From Hydrurus foetidus (lineage: Eukaryota): a stretch of 64,000 nt of DNA. The first letter of the stretch is position 1. The number at the start of each line of letters is the position of its first letter. The notes beneath the pieces were generated by a model. That model had not been told where the DNA came from. It did no database searches and saw only the letters and a program-made list of their open reading frames with translations. Of the stretch, positions 1 through 10,660 are shown one piece after another. Location: the NCBI GenBank assembly GCA_900617105.1, contig UYFQ01000005.1:310001-374000 (forward strand). The letters are read 5' to 3'. A program made the translations under genes and the position numbers.

Positions 1-506
1 GCAATGACATCCAGGTTTTTGAATTCACACCTGAAGCTGCATCTTCTTTTGGACTGGGTGCAGCAGAAATCATCAATGTTGAGCTGCTTGACGAAAGTGC
101 GCACCCTTTGAGTTGTGTCTTTGGGGGCGAAGTGGCGACTCTGCGGATTACGACGCAGGCGCACGCGGAGTTAGACCGCCCTATTGTCGGATTCACCTTG
201 AAAGACCGATTAGGTCAGGTTCTTTTTGGTGACAATACTTATTTGAGTTACCAAATGGCCCCGGTTTCTGTTGCCGCCGGAGGGTGTTTGGTGGCTGAGT
301 TTCAGTTCATGATGCCTATACTGCCTTTGGGCGACTATGTTGTCACTGTGGCTATCGCCAACGGCACGCAAGAGCAACATGTTCAACACCATTGGATTCA
401 CGATGCTCTCGTGCTGAAGTCATTAGCAACGTCATTGAGTACGGGGTTGATTGGACTTCCCATGCACAAAATTAACTTACAAACAACGCCGTCCCAGACT
501 GCATGA
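1..506 (+). CDS. wzt: Wzt-type polysaccharide ABC transporter ATPase, C-terminal carbohydrate-binding domain (5' truncated by window edge)
   Basis: Frame open from base 3 (NDIQVFEFTPEAASSFGLGAAEII...); PIVGFTLKDRLGQVLFGDNT...GDYVVTVAIA resembles the Wzt C-terminal domain. Confidence 0.85.
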   Translation, partial: NDIQVFEFTPEAASSFGLGAAEIINVELLDESAHPLSCVFGGEVATLRITTQAHAELDRPIVGFTLKDRLGQVLFGDNTYLSYQMAPVSVAAGGCLVAEFQFMMPILPLGDYVVTVAIANGTQEQHVQHHWIHDALVLKSLATSLSTGLIGLPMHKINLQTTPSQTA

Positions 507-533
507 GTTGCCTTGGATCACAACAATAACCCG

Positions 534-3500
534 ATGGACATCCCTAATCATTTACTAGAAGCGGCTGCCTTTGTGCCGCTGCGCTTGCAGTTTCCCAATT
601 CGTGGTGTGGACACATTCCTTTTGCTGCATGGTTGATGGCGCACCGCAAACCTGCTGTGTTTGTGGAGCTAGGCACCCACTCTGGCAACTCTTACCTGAG
701 CTTTTGCCAAGCAACGCAAACCCACGGTTCGAATTCTCGTTGCTTTGCAGTCGATACGTGGCAAGGGGATGCACATGCAGGCGGCTACGACAACAGCGTT
801 TTTGAAGCCTTACAGGCTTACCACGCGCCCCGCTACGGTCATTTTTCAACCTTGCTGCGGATGACTTTTGACGATGCGCTCAGTCAGTTTGCAGACGGTT
901 CAGTTGATGTCTTGCACATTGACGGTCTGCATACCTACGATGCTGTACGGCATGATTTTGAAACCTGGCTGCCTAAAATGCGCGCCGGTGGATTGGTACT
1001 GTTTCATGATACCCATGTGCATGAACGTGAGTTCGGTGTGTGGCGATTGTGGAGCGAGCTATGCCTTCAATATCCTTGCCATTTGGATTTTTCGCACTCC
1101 AGTGGATTGGGCGTGTTGTGCTTGAGAAAGTCGGCATCGGCTACCGACCTGCCTGACTGGCTTGTGCCGTTAAGCACGGCGCAGGCAGAAGTTCGAAACT
1201 ACTTCACAGCACTCGGCCTGTCCATGCTGGAGCGATACCAAGCCCAAGAGGCCAGCGCACATGTCAAACACCTCAGCACTGAAGTTGTGGCCCATAAAAA
1301 CTGGGAAGCACACCAGGGCTTGACCCTTGCGGCCAAAGATGCTGCCCTCAGCGAACTCCGAGACGCAGCGCATCAAAGAGATGCACAAATTGTTCCGCTG
1401 GCTTTGGCCAATGAGCGCATGAAAGTGAACTCAGAGCGTCTTGTTGCTGAACTTGATGCCCTCAACCTTCAGGCAGTAGCGGATAAAAAAACGCAACAGG
1501 AACTGCATGAGATTCAAGCCACGTTGACTGCGGCTTTGGCGGCCACCCTGGCATCCACCAGCTGGCGGGTGACGGCACCTATGCGGTGGCTCAGCCATCA
1601 AATTAATCGAATTCTGAGCTTAAGGCACGCAGAATCACGCAGACGTTTGGTGCGTCAACTGTACCAAAGCACCAAGGTATTGCCTTACGCACGGCATCAG
1701 TGGAAAAGAACAGCTGAAGGTGTACAAAGCAGACTGCTGATGCTGCATAACAGCAGCGATAACATCGCTGGATTACAAGCACTTTCAGCCCAGCGCCTGA
1801 CTTCATTCAATCCCTCAGTACCGCTTGACGTACCACAACTGCGTGATGTTGATTGGCCCGAGATTGACATATCCGTCGTCACCTACAACAGTACGCAATG
1901 GATTCATTCTTTTGTTCAATCCTTAGTGGATCAAAAATATCCTCTGAACAAAATCCACTTATGCTTCGTGGACCACAGCGCGGAAGACAGCACAGCGCAG
2001 TTGATTGAGCAAGAATTCATTAGTTTGCAAGGTAAATTTGCCAGCCTGAAGCTCATTCGACAAAACAATTTAGGATTCGGTGCAGGCCACGACAAAGCCA
2101 TTGCATCAACGCACTCTGCATGGTGCTTGGTTACGAATGTTGATTTGGAGTTTGACTTAGACGCACTGTGCACTGTGGTCAGTCACGCCCTGCAAGCTGA
2201 GCAGGAGAATGTAGCCAGCTGGGAATTGCGGCAAGCACCTTACGAACATCCTAAATATTACGATCCAGTTTCGCTCAACACCCAATGGTCATCACATGCT
2301 TGCATTTTGATACGTCGTACTGCCTATCAAAAAGTAGGCGGCTACGATGCCAAGATATTCATGTATGCAGAAGATGTGGAACTGTCTTATCGTTTTCGTT
2401 CTTTTGGTTATCAAATTAAATACTGCCCTCAAGCGTTGGTGAATCATCATGCCTATGAATCAGCTGGTGAAATAAAACCACTGCAATATTTTGGCAGCAC
2501 ACTGGGCAATGCTTATATACGACTGCGCTATGGGAATTTCAAAGACAAATTGGGCTTGATAGTTTTACAAACCATATTAATTTTACGGCCACAACCTTTC
2601 CCTGGTGCGAGATTTGGGGTATTAAAAAATGCCCTTAAAATAATTCTAAACGCATCATACTTTTCAAAAGGCAAAGGCCCGAATACGAAGGCAATTTTCC
2701 CATTGCATGGATTTGATTATGAATTGACTCGTCACGGTGCTTTTTGGCCAGTGCAATGGCCTTCACAGTCAGAAAAATCAAATCAACCTCTTGTTTCCAT
2801 AATTACACGCACCTACCATGGTCGAGCAGAACTGCTTTTGCAAGCACTACAAAGCATCATCAATCAAACCTACATCCATATTGAAATAATTATTGTCGAA
2901 GACGGTGGCGAAACACACAAAGAAATGATCGAAAGCATCAGAGCATCAACTGCAACACCTATTATTTACCAAGGACTCGATAAAGTTGGGCGTTCAGCAA
3001 CAGGTAATATGGGGCTGGTAATGGCTACAGGAACTTATGCCATGTTTTTAGATGATGATGATCTTTTATTTTCAGATCATGTTGAAATTTTAGTAAATTC
3101 ACTCAAAGAAAACCCCACGTCCGTAGCCGCATATGCATTAGCTCTTGAAGTAGGAACCGAAATTAAAAAATCTACAAATTCATTATCCTATATCGAAAAA
3201 ACATTCAAGACACCTTCAGCATTTTTTCAAGATTACGATTTTAATGTTTTGTGCGAACGAAATTTTATACCTATTCAAGCCATTCTCTTTAAACGCCAAC
3301 TCTTCACAGATCGTGGTGGTTTTGATGAAACTTTAGATCAATTGGAGGATTGGAATCTCTGGCTTCGCTATGGTGATAAAAATAACTTCACCTACGTACC
3401 TAAAACAACCTCAATGTACCGCGTCCCGTGCGATCCCGACATAAAACTAGAGCGACATATGGAATTACACCGCGCATACAACACCGCAAAAGAAAACGCA

Positions 3501-3563
3501 TTAATTGCAAATTTAGCACGTTGCAAATTAAACAAACCTGATAAAACCGACTCAAACACTTGA
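534..3563 (+). CDS. Multidomain class I SAM methyltransferase / coiled coil / two GT2 glycosyltransferase domains
   Basis: VELGTHSGNS, DTWQGD and LHIDGLHTYDAV (Methyltransf_24-like); coiled coil ending SWRVTAPMR; GT2 motifs DISVVTYNS..TNVD and VSIITRT..FLDDDD..EDW; alternative TTG start at 513. Confidence 0.85.
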   Translation: MDIPNHLLEAAAFVPLRLQFPNSWCGHIPFAAWLMAHRKPAVFVELGTHSGNSYLSFCQATQTHGSNSRCFAVDTWQGDAHAGGYDNSVFEALQAYHAPRYGHFSTLLRMTFDDALSQFADGSVDVLHIDGLHTYDAVRHDFETWLPKMRAGGLVLFHDTHVHEREFGVWRLWSELCLQYPCHLDFSHSSGLGVLCLRKSASATDLPDWLVPLSTAQAEVRNYFTALGLSMLERYQAQEASAHVKHLSTEVVAHKNWEAHQGLTLAAKDAALSELRDAAHQRDAQIVPLALANERMKVNSERLVAELDALNLQAVADKKTQQELHEIQATLTAALAATLASTSWRVTAPMRWLSHQINRILSLRHAESRRRLVRQLYQSTKVLPYARHQWKRTAEGVQSRLLMLHNSSDNIAGLQALSAQRLTSFNPSVPLDVPQLRDVDWPEIDISVVTYNSTQWIHSFVQSLVDQKYPLNKIHLCFVDHSAEDSTAQLIEQEFISLQGKFASLKLIRQNNLGFGAGHDKAIASTHSAWCLVTNVDLEFDLDALCTVVSHALQAEQENVASWELRQAPYEHPKYYDPVSLNTQWSSHACILIRRTAYQKVGGYDAKIFMYAEDVELSYRFRSFGYQIKYCPQALVNHHAYESAGEIKPLQYFGSTLGNAYIRLRYGNFKDKLGLIVLQTILILRPQPFPGARFGVLKNALKIILNASYFSKGKGPNTKAIFPLHGFDYELTRHGAFWPVQWPSQSEKSNQPLVSIITRTYHGRAELLLQALQSIINQTYIHIEIIIVEDGGETHKEMIESIRASTATPIIYQGLDKVGRSATGNMGLVMATGTYAMFLDDDDLLFSDHVEILVNSLKENPTSVAAYALALEVGTEIKKSTNSLSYIEKTFKTPSAFFQDYDFNVLCERNFIPIQAILFKRQLFTDRGGFDETLDQLEDWNLWLRYGDKNNFTYVPKTTSMYRVPCDPDIKLERHMELHRAYNTAKENALIANLARCKLNKPDKTDSNT

Positions 3564-4648
3564 AACCGATGACCACTCGTTCGCAACATTTGGATGCCTT
3601 GCGTGGCGTGGCAGTTATTGCAGTTTTTCTATTCCATCTGCAAACACATAAAGAATTTAGCACCTTCATTCCCTCGCCCTGGAACTCAATATTACTCCTT
3701 GGAATGTTTGGCGTTGATTTATTTTACGTCTTAAGCGGATTTTTTATAACACATGCCATTTTAAAACCTATCGAATGGAATCCTGAAAATTACTTAAAAT
3801 CAAGATTTTTCAGAATTTACCCTGCTTATTTATTTTGCCTGTTTGTTATGGCAATTAAATTCAAATTATCCTCGCCAGGATCATGGGGTAGTTTCATTTC
3901 AAATATTGGTCTTCATTTGATGATGGCTCAGAATTTCCTCCCCAACGCTGCGGGAATGTTTAATGGTGTATTTTGGACTCTTGGCGTAGAATTCCCCTAC
4001 TACATCATCATGCTTGCAATCGCACCTTTCTTAAGAAATAAAATGCTATTTCTTAAAACTTCTTTTTTAATAATTTTTATCGCCATTACATTTCGAGCAG
4101 GAACTTATTTCCTTTTAGATTCAGATGGAATGGGTGGGCTTCTAAGATTTTTTGCATCCACACAAATACTAGGAACACTTGATTATTTCTCACTTGGTGG
4201 TATAGCTGCATATTTCAATATAACACAAAAAAACAGTGAAAATTTAAGAAAATATACAATAACCTCTTTGGTCGCAGGAGCTGTATTGTTGGTTTTTTGC
4301 TTCACATACGTAGCACGCAGTATTTATGGATTTTGGAATGATCCATTTCTAGTAATTTTATGGAGAACATGCCTTAGCAGCTCATTTGCTTTGATAATTT
4401 TCTCTATCTCGTTCAATAAAAAAACAAATTTTCTTGAAAATACAATGCTGCCATGGATTGGAAAAATAAGCTTCAGCTTTTACTTATGGCATTACCCTAT
4501 AATAAATTCAATAACACTGCTTCCCGAAAAAACAACGACGCCAGAGAAATTAATTTACATATTAACCACAACCTTAATTATCAGTTGGTTAAGTTGGAAA
4601 TTCATAGAAAATAAATTCCACAAACCTAATGTAAAATCGTTTACTTAA
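3560..4648 (+). CDS. OafA/acyltransferase-3 family membrane O-acyltransferase
   Basis: LDALRGVAV, GVDLFYVLSGF, RFFRIYP, WTLGVEFPYY and GKISFSFYLWH motifs; AT-rich. Confidence 0.9.
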   Translation: MKPMTTRSQHLDALRGVAVIAVFLFHLQTHKEFSTFIPSPWNSILLLGMFGVDLFYVLSGFFITHAILKPIEWNPENYLKSRFFRIYPAYLFCLFVMAIKFKLSSPGSWGSFISNIGLHLMMAQNFLPNAAGMFNGVFWTLGVEFPYYIIMLAIAPFLRNKMLFLKTSFLIIFIAITFRAGTYFLLDSDGMGGLLRFFASTQILGTLDYFSLGGIAAYFNITQKNSENLRKYTITSLVAGAVLLVFCFTYVARSIYGFWNDPFLVILWRTCLSSSFALIIFSISFNKKTNFLENTMLPWIGKISFSFYLWHYPIINSITLLPEKTTTPEKLIYILTTTLIISWLSWKFIENKFHKPNVKSFT

Positions 4649-4667
4649 ATTTAAATTTACTTTCAAA

Positions 4668-6389
4668 ATGACTACCGCTGTACATCAGGCTGCTGAAGTT
4701 AATTTAGAGGCAGCCATTCCACCGCGCTTGGGGGAGTTATTAGTTCAGGCCAATAAGCTGAGTCAACGTGATTTAGACCGCGCCTTAGCGGCACAACAAG
4801 AAGTCAGCAGCCTACTGGGCCATGTGTTGGTAAGTTTAGGACTGGTATCCGAACTGGATGTCGTGCTTACACTGTCAAGCCAGTTGAAATTGCCCTTCGT
4901 CAAAACCGATGACTTCCCCGCCGTACCTCCGGACATTGAGGGCTTGTTACCCGATTTTTTAACAGCAAACAATATCTACCCATTACGCCTTTCAGAAGGT
5001 GAACTGGATGTGGTGATGGCTGCTCCGCAAGACGCATTTGTCATCAAAGCGCTGCGTTTGGCTACGGGTCTCAAAATTCGTCCTCACATCGGTTTGCAGG
5101 GCGACATTGAAAAAGCCTTGCTACAGCCTATTGATGGCGGTGCAAGTGACGATACGGCCTTAGACAGTGAAACGGATTCGGGTGACTTTATTGAGCACCT
5201 CAAAGATTTGGCCAGCGAAGCCCCCGTCATTCGATTGGTCAGCGCCATCATCAGTCGCGTGATTGAGTTGCGTGCTTCTGATATTCACTTAGAACCTTTT
5301 GATGATGGTTTGCATGTTCGCTACCGTGTTGATGGCGTGATCCAAGCCGCCGACACCATCCCGCCAAAGCACAGTGCAGCGGTGAACTCGCGAGTCAAAT
5401 TGATGGCTCACTTGGACATTGCCGAACGCAGACTTCCACAGGATGGTCGTATTAAAACCCGAGTGAAAGGCAGAGAACTTGATCTGCGGGTCTCCACCAT
5501 ACCGACGGTGCATGGCGAAAGCGTAGTGATGCGTGTGCTGGACCGAGCCAGTGTTCGCTTCAGTCTGGAAAAAATGGGCTTTGCCAGCGACACGTTGACG
5601 CGATTCAATACCCTTTTGGCTCGGCCTCATGGCGTTGTCTTGGTCACTGGCCCTACAGGGTCTGGCAAGACAACAACGCTGTATGCCGCACTGTCCAAAA
5701 TTGATGCCACTGCGCAAAAGCTGATTACGGTGGAGGATCCGGTGGAGTACCAGCTCGAAGGCATCAACCAAATCCAAGTTCACCCCCAAATCGGACTCAG
5801 CTTTGCCAATGCGTTGAGATCCATCCTTCGCCAAGATCCTGACATCATCATGATCGGGGAGATGCGTGATGGAGAAACAGCACAAATTGCAGTTCAATCT
5901 GCACTTACTGGACACCTGGTGCTATCAACTTTGCACACAAATACAGCGGCAGGTGCCATTATCCGCATGCAAGATATGGGGATAGAACGCTACTTGATTA
6001 CTTCAGCTGTGAACGGTGTTTTGGCTCAGCGCTTGGTTCGCACACTGTGCGGAACCTGCAAAGAGCCTTACACACCCTCCGATGCGTTACTCCAAAGCAC
6101 CGGCTTAGGACGCTTTCACAACAGTGATGCCCCCATTTATAAAGCGGTCGGTTGCCGAGATTGCCGCGAATCAGGCTACCAAGGCCGTACCGGTATTCAC
6201 GAGTTGCTGGTATTGGATGAGCCAATGCGTAAAGCCATTATGAATGGACTTGATGCTGGCGAGCTGAATGCCGCAGCCGCGCAATACGGAATGTTGAGCC
6301 TTTATGAAGACGGTCTGCGCAAAGTGGCTGCAGGCATCACCGCCTTGGACGAGCTGATGCGCGTTACCCAGGATCAAAATGATGCCTGA
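4668..6389 (+). CDS. gspE: Type II secretion ATPase GspE
   Basis: GPTGSGKTTT Walker A, LRQDPDIIMIGEMRD, CxxC...CxxC, N-terminal RLGELLV. Confidence 0.95.
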   Translation: MTTAVHQAAEVNLEAAIPPRLGELLVQANKLSQRDLDRALAAQQEVSSLLGHVLVSLGLVSELDVVLTLSSQLKLPFVKTDDFPAVPPDIEGLLPDFLTANNIYPLRLSEGELDVVMAAPQDAFVIKALRLATGLKIRPHIGLQGDIEKALLQPIDGGASDDTALDSETDSGDFIEHLKDLASEAPVIRLVSAIISRVIELRASDIHLEPFDDGLHVRYRVDGVIQAADTIPPKHSAAVNSRVKLMAHLDIAERRLPQDGRIKTRVKGRELDLRVSTIPTVHGESVVMRVLDRASVRFSLEKMGFASDTLTRFNTLLARPHGVVLVTGPTGSGKTTTLYAALSKIDATAQKLITVEDPVEYQLEGINQIQVHPQIGLSFANALRSILRQDPDIIMIGEMRDGETAQIAVQSALTGHLVLSTLHTNTAAGAIIRMQDMGIERYLITSAVNGVLAQRLVRTLCGTCKEPYTPSDALLQSTGLGRFHNSDAPIYKAVGCRDCRESGYQGRTGIHELLVLDEPMRKAIMNGLDAGELNAAAAQYGMLSLYEDGLRKVAAGITALDELMRVTQDQNDA

Positions 6390-7653
6390 GTTCACTTGGC
6401 GTGCCGTTGACAGCAGCGGCAAACTCACAGAAGGGAAGCTTACCGCAAACAGTGTTGCACTGGCCATGAAGCAGTTGCGCGAACGCGGACTAACCCCTTT
6501 GCACATAGAGGATTCATCCGCCCACACAATCGCCGGTAGCGGTATCCGCCCCCTTGGCGCAACTCAGCCTGGCTCAGGCCCAACGCTGAGCAAAACATCA
6601 AAATCTACCGATCTTAGCCCTGTGAAGACCACAGACATTCAGGCGCTGACTGTAGAGCTGTCGATCATGCTGCGTGCAGGCTTGGCACTGGACAATGCGT
6701 TGCGCGTTCTCATTGAAATGAGCCATAAACCCAGTGTTGCGACCTTGCTTCAAGGTGTGCTTGATGAGGTCAAAAGCGGCACCCCTTTGAGTAAAGCGCT
6801 GTCCCGTAGCCGCGATTTGTTTGGTGATTTCTATATCAACATGGTGCGATCTGGTGAGGCCAGTGGGCAAATGTCCAAGGTCTTAGAGCGCTTGGTTGAG
6901 CACATGGAGCGCCTCAGAGCACTGCGCGAAAACATCATCTCTGCCACCATATACCCTGCCATTTTGCTCTTAGTGGCGGTGCTGTCTGTCGCAGGTATGC
7001 TGGGTTTTGTCGTGCCTCAGTTTGAAAAGTTGTTTACCGATATGGGAGATGCCTTACCCATGCCGACCCGTATCGTGATGACCTTAGGACATATGTTCAC
7101 GGAATACGGACTCAGTCTTATGGTTGCTACGGTACTGTTAGCTTTGGTGATAAGCCAGTGGTTGCGCACAGCCAATGGACGGCGCTGGTGGCAAACTGCG
7201 CTGCTGCGCTTGCCGCTGGTAGGCCGCCTGCTTTATAAGTATGAACTCACGTTGTACGCGCGTGCCTTGGGCACACTCCTGGGCAATGGTGTGCCGCTGC
7301 TGACTGCCTTGCACATTGCAACCGAGACTGTTGGCAACATGGTGCTGCGCCAAGCACTGGAGCGCGTGCCGCCCATCGTTAAAGATGGTGGCAAAGTTGT
7401 TGATGCCCTGCGCGCAACGCAAATTTTTGAGCCCCTGGCAATCAACCTGGTACGTGTGGGCGAAGAAACCGGTCGCATTGGCCCCATGATGCTGGAGCTG
7501 GCGCATATCTTGAACCGCGAAGTAGAGACCGGGATCAAACGTGCGCTAACGATGGTTGAACCTGTCCTCATTTTGGTACTCGGACTGCTGATCGCCTCCA
7601 TCATGGTTTCGATTTTGTTGGGCGTTTTTTCGATAAACGACCTCGCCTTATAA
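6379..7653 (+). CDS. gspF: Type II secretion inner-membrane platform protein GspF
   Basis: GEASG and GEETG repeats, YPAILL, VEPVLIL; follows gspE. Confidence 0.93.
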   Translation: MMPEFTWRAVDSSGKLTEGKLTANSVALAMKQLRERGLTPLHIEDSSAHTIAGSGIRPLGATQPGSGPTLSKTSKSTDLSPVKTTDIQALTVELSIMLRAGLALDNALRVLIEMSHKPSVATLLQGVLDEVKSGTPLSKALSRSRDLFGDFYINMVRSGEASGQMSKVLERLVEHMERLRALRENIISATIYPAILLLVAVLSVAGMLGFVVPQFEKLFTDMGDALPMPTRIVMTLGHMFTEYGLSLMVATVLLALVISQWLRTANGRRWWQTALLRLPLVGRLLYKYELTLYARALGTLLGNGVPLLTALHIATETVGNMVLRQALERVPPIVKDGGKVVDALRATQIFEPLAINLVRVGEETGRIGPMMLELAHILNREVETGIKRALTMVEPVLILVLGLLIASIMVSILLGVFSINDLAL

Positions 7654-7678
7654 TTTTTAAGTGTTAAAGGAACCCTTC

Positions 7679-8134
7679 ATGATAAGCAGTAACCCGCATC
7701 GTTTGCGCTCAAAAACCAATTCACGCTCGGCGCATGGCGGCTTTACGCTGATTGAGTTGATGGTCGTCTTGGCCATCATCACCTTGCTGGCTGGGCTTGT
7801 TGGCCCCAAAGTGCTAGGCCAATTAGGTGGCGCAAAAACTAAAACTGCAGCGGTTCAAATCGCGGATCTTGACAAAGCCCTCGAGCTCTACAAGTTAGAT
7901 GTCGGTCGCTATCCCACAACCGAAGACGGCCTGGATGCACTGGTCAAGAAACCCGCTGCTTCGCAAAATTGGAGCGGGCCTTATCTGAAGGGAGGCGTTC
8001 CCGTTGATCCTTGGGGCAAACCTTATCAATACGTCAGCCCAAGCGCCAATGGCGGCATCGACATCATCTCTTTGGGTGCAGATGGTGCATCAGGAGGAGA
8101 AGGGGAGAATGCAGACGTTCGCAACCGCCAATAA
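7679..8134 (+). CDS. gspG: Major pseudopilin GspG
   Basis: GFTLIELMVV prepilin site, LDVGRYPTTEDGL, WSGPYL, DPWG; AAGGA RBS before ATG 7679. Confidence 0.95.
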   Translation: MISSNPHRLRSKTNSRSAHGGFTLIELMVVLAIITLLAGLVGPKVLGQLGGAKTKTAAVQIADLDKALELYKLDVGRYPTTEDGLDALVKKPAASQNWSGPYLKGGVPVDPWGKPYQYVSPSANGGIDIISLGADGASGGEGENADVRNRQ

Positions 8135-8648
8135 TTGCCAACCAGGTCAGCACTTGTTTGCCCTGTACCGCACTGCCTACAGGGCCCGTGAGCGCGGCTT
8201 CACACTGGTCGAATTATTGGTTGTTTTTGCGATCGGCGCCCTGCTGATAGGCCTAACACCTGTCGCATTTGAACGACTTCGTGAATCCGCTCAGTACAAA
8301 GATGCCGTGCGAGCCATGCTGACTGATTTACGTACAGCGCGCCAGCAAGCCGTGTCGCAAGGCCGTGACATACGGTTTCAGGTCAACACATCAGCACGCA
8401 CCTATGGTTTGTCTGACCGTCCCCCACACCAGCTGCCCAAGCCCTTGCAAATGACCACCACCTTTGCGGCAATAGAAAATGAAACGACCGCCACGGGCAA
8501 CAGCACAACCGGCATCAAGTTCTTGTCAAGTGGTGGCTCTACAGGTGGCAGTATTGATCTGAGGCGGCCCTCTGGGGTTGGTGTACGGCTGAAGGTAGAT
8601 TGGTTGTCTGGTCGTGTAGCGCAAGAGACGATCCCACCGTCATCATGA
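8109..8648 (+). CDS. gspH: Minor pseudopilin GspH
   Basis: RGFTLVELLVV, GGSTGG, VDWLSGRV; start uncertain. Confidence 0.85.
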   Translation: MQTFATANNCQPGQHLFALYRTAYRARERGFTLVELLVVFAIGALLIGLTPVAFERLRESAQYKDAVRAMLTDLRTARQQAVSQGRDIRFQVNTSARTYGLSDRPPHQLPKPLQMTTTFAAIENETTATGNSTTGIKFLSSGGSTGGSIDLRRPSGVGVRLKVDWLSGRVAQETIPPSS

Positions 8649-9070
8649 CCGCTTTGCAGCGCGGTCAAACAGATACGCAACCCATAACCTACCGCCGCGC
8701 GCAAAAGGGCTTCTCTTTGCTGGAGATGCTTGTTGCATTTTCAATCATGGCGCTTTCCTTGGGCATGCTCTATAAAGTGAGTGGTAACAACGTGCGCCTC
8801 GTTGGCGTCGCTGCGCAGCAAAATCAGGCTTGCGCACTCGCGGAGTCTTTGCTGAACGCCATGGAGGCAGTGCCTGAAGCAGGGTGGCAACAGGCTGGCG
8901 AATCGGCAAACTACCGCTGGGCCGTTCGCAGTACACCTTATGCGACGGGAGCTTCAGATGTGCAAGCAGTCAAACTGCAACAAATTTGGATCACAGTCAC
9001 GTGGACCGAGAACAAACTGCTGCGGCATATTGAACTCACCACATTGCTCCCGCAGCGTAAACCATCATGA
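8645..9070 (+). CDS. gspI: Minor pseudopilin GspI
   Basis: KGFSLLEMLVAFSI; position in operon. Confidence 0.85.
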   Translation: MTALQRGQTDTQPITYRRAQKGFSLLEMLVAFSIMALSLGMLYKVSGNNVRLVGVAAQQNQACALAESLLNAMEAVPEAGWQQAGESANYRWAVRSTPYATGASDVQAVKLQQIWITVTWTENKLLRHIELTTLLPQRKPS

Positions 9071-9789
9071 CCAGACTACGGGATAAGCCTGTCTACCTAC
9101 TGAAGCTGAAGCCAAGGCACATTACCTTGCGCAAAGTAGGCGGCTTTACGCTGGTAGAAATCATGGTTTCCATGAGCCTGTTGGCGCTGATTATGGTGAG
9201 TCTGGGAACCACATTGCGAACATTTGGCATGGCTGAGCAACGCATTGACCAACGTCTTGAATACGCAGATGACTTTCGGGTTGCCATCGGTTTCATGCGC
9301 TCCGTTCTGAGCCGTGTTTCTCGGCGAACGGTCGAAATACCCCAAGACCCGTCGGCACGTACCGTTTTATTCACCGCCTCATCGAACACGTTGGCATGGG
9401 TGGGCATCATGCCAGCGCGTTACGGTGCGGGGGGAAGACATTACTTTCGACTGGCACCAGAGCACACGGACAAAGGCGTAGCTCTTGTGCTGCGCTTTGC
9501 ACCATGGGCAGACCCTCCAGCATTCCCCGATTGGTCCACAACAGACAGCCGCGTACTCGTCAATGCGGTTACTTCAGTGGCGTTCGCTTACGAGGATGCT
9601 CGCACCGAGGCAATCGTGTGGACACCCGATTGGCAAGTCAAAGACAAACTCCCGCAGCACATTCGTATGCAAGTACAAACCACAGCCGGGCCTTGGCCCG
9701 TGTTGACTTTTCGACTGGGCAGCCTTGTTCAAGGTTCCGGCAGAGACTTGGGTGGAGCCTCCTTTGGCGGGGGCCAGAAGGATGATTAA
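9067..9789 (+). CDS. gspJ: Minor pseudopilin GspJ
   Basis: GGFTLVEIMVSMSLL; W..LP near C terminus; position in operon. Confidence 0.85.
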   Translation: MTRLRDKPVYLLKLKPRHITLRKVGGFTLVEIMVSMSLLALIMVSLGTTLRTFGMAEQRIDQRLEYADDFRVAIGFMRSVLSRVSRRTVEIPQDPSARTVLFTASSNTLAWVGIMPARYGAGGRHYFRLAPEHTDKGVALVLRFAPWADPPAFPDWSTTDSRVLVNAVTSVAFAYEDARTEAIVWTPDWQVKDKLPQHIRMQVQTTAGPWPVLTFRLGSLVQGSGRDLGGASFGGGQKDD

Positions 9790-10660
9790 CGCAGGGCACA
9801 GCCCTCATCGGCCAACCTCACGACATTCGCAAGGTGTCGCGCTGGTAGCTGTTTTGTGGATGGTGGCCGCATTGAGCCTGATGGTGACCGGTCTTTCGCA
9901 AGCTGTGCGCAGCGAAATACGCACAGTTTCCACGGAAAAACAAACGGTGACGGCTACAGCCCTGGCGCAAGCAGCCCTCCAGCTGACGTTACAGCAACTC
10001 AAAGTGCTCGTTCCCCCACCCCATAAAACAATACGCTCTTCAATTACTTTTGGAGGCCAAACCCTGGCTGTTGAAACCATGCCTTTGAATGGCTTGATTG
10101 ACATTAACAATGCCTCGGTGGACCTGCTTAGCCTGACCCTGACCACAGCGGGACACCTGGACAAGCAACGCGCCACGGCCCTTGCACAAGCCATCATCGA
10201 CACCCGTTCGATCAAAGATACCCGAGGCCGGTCTCTGGGCTTTGAGTCAGGGGAAGACATGATGCGCGTGCCGGGGATGAGCTACCCCCTCTATGCTAGT
10301 ATTGCCCCCCTCTTGACAGCAGACTTGCAAGGCAGTGGCCGCGTCAACCCCATGGCAGCGCCCTTGCCGGTGCTCATTGTGCTTGCTGAAGGTAACACTG
10401 CCAACGCAGTTACCTTTGCCAACCAACGAGAAGCTGGGCAAACCAACCCTGACACCACCTTATTGAACGGTCAGTACCTCGAAACCAGCAGCACGTCGCG
10501 CCTGCGAATTGAAGTACGGGCTCCATTGGGGGGCAACGGGCAATTGATTCGTACCAGTGTGGTCAGCCTGGCAGACGACACCGCACAAGGTTTGCCATGG
10601 CGAATCTATTATTCCTACCAACGGACTGAAGTGCCTGCGCCATCAGCCCCCCATTCATGA
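9782..10660 (+). CDS. gspK: Minor pseudopilin GspK
   Basis: QGVALVAVLWMVAAL (no E5), GLIDINNAS, VNPMAAP. Confidence 0.85.
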   Translation: MINAGHSPHRPTSRHSQGVALVAVLWMVAALSLMVTGLSQAVRSEIRTVSTEKQTVTATALAQAALQLTLQQLKVLVPPPHKTIRSSITFGGQTLAVETMPLNGLIDINNASVDLLSLTLTTAGHLDKQRATALAQAIIDTRSIKDTRGRSLGFESGEDMMRVPGMSYPLYASIAPLLTADLQGSGRVNPMAAPLPVLIVLAEGNTANAVTFANQREAGQTNPDTTLLNGQYLETSSTSRLRIEVRAPLGGNGQLIRTSVVSLADDTAQGLPWRIYYSYQRTEVPAPSAPHS

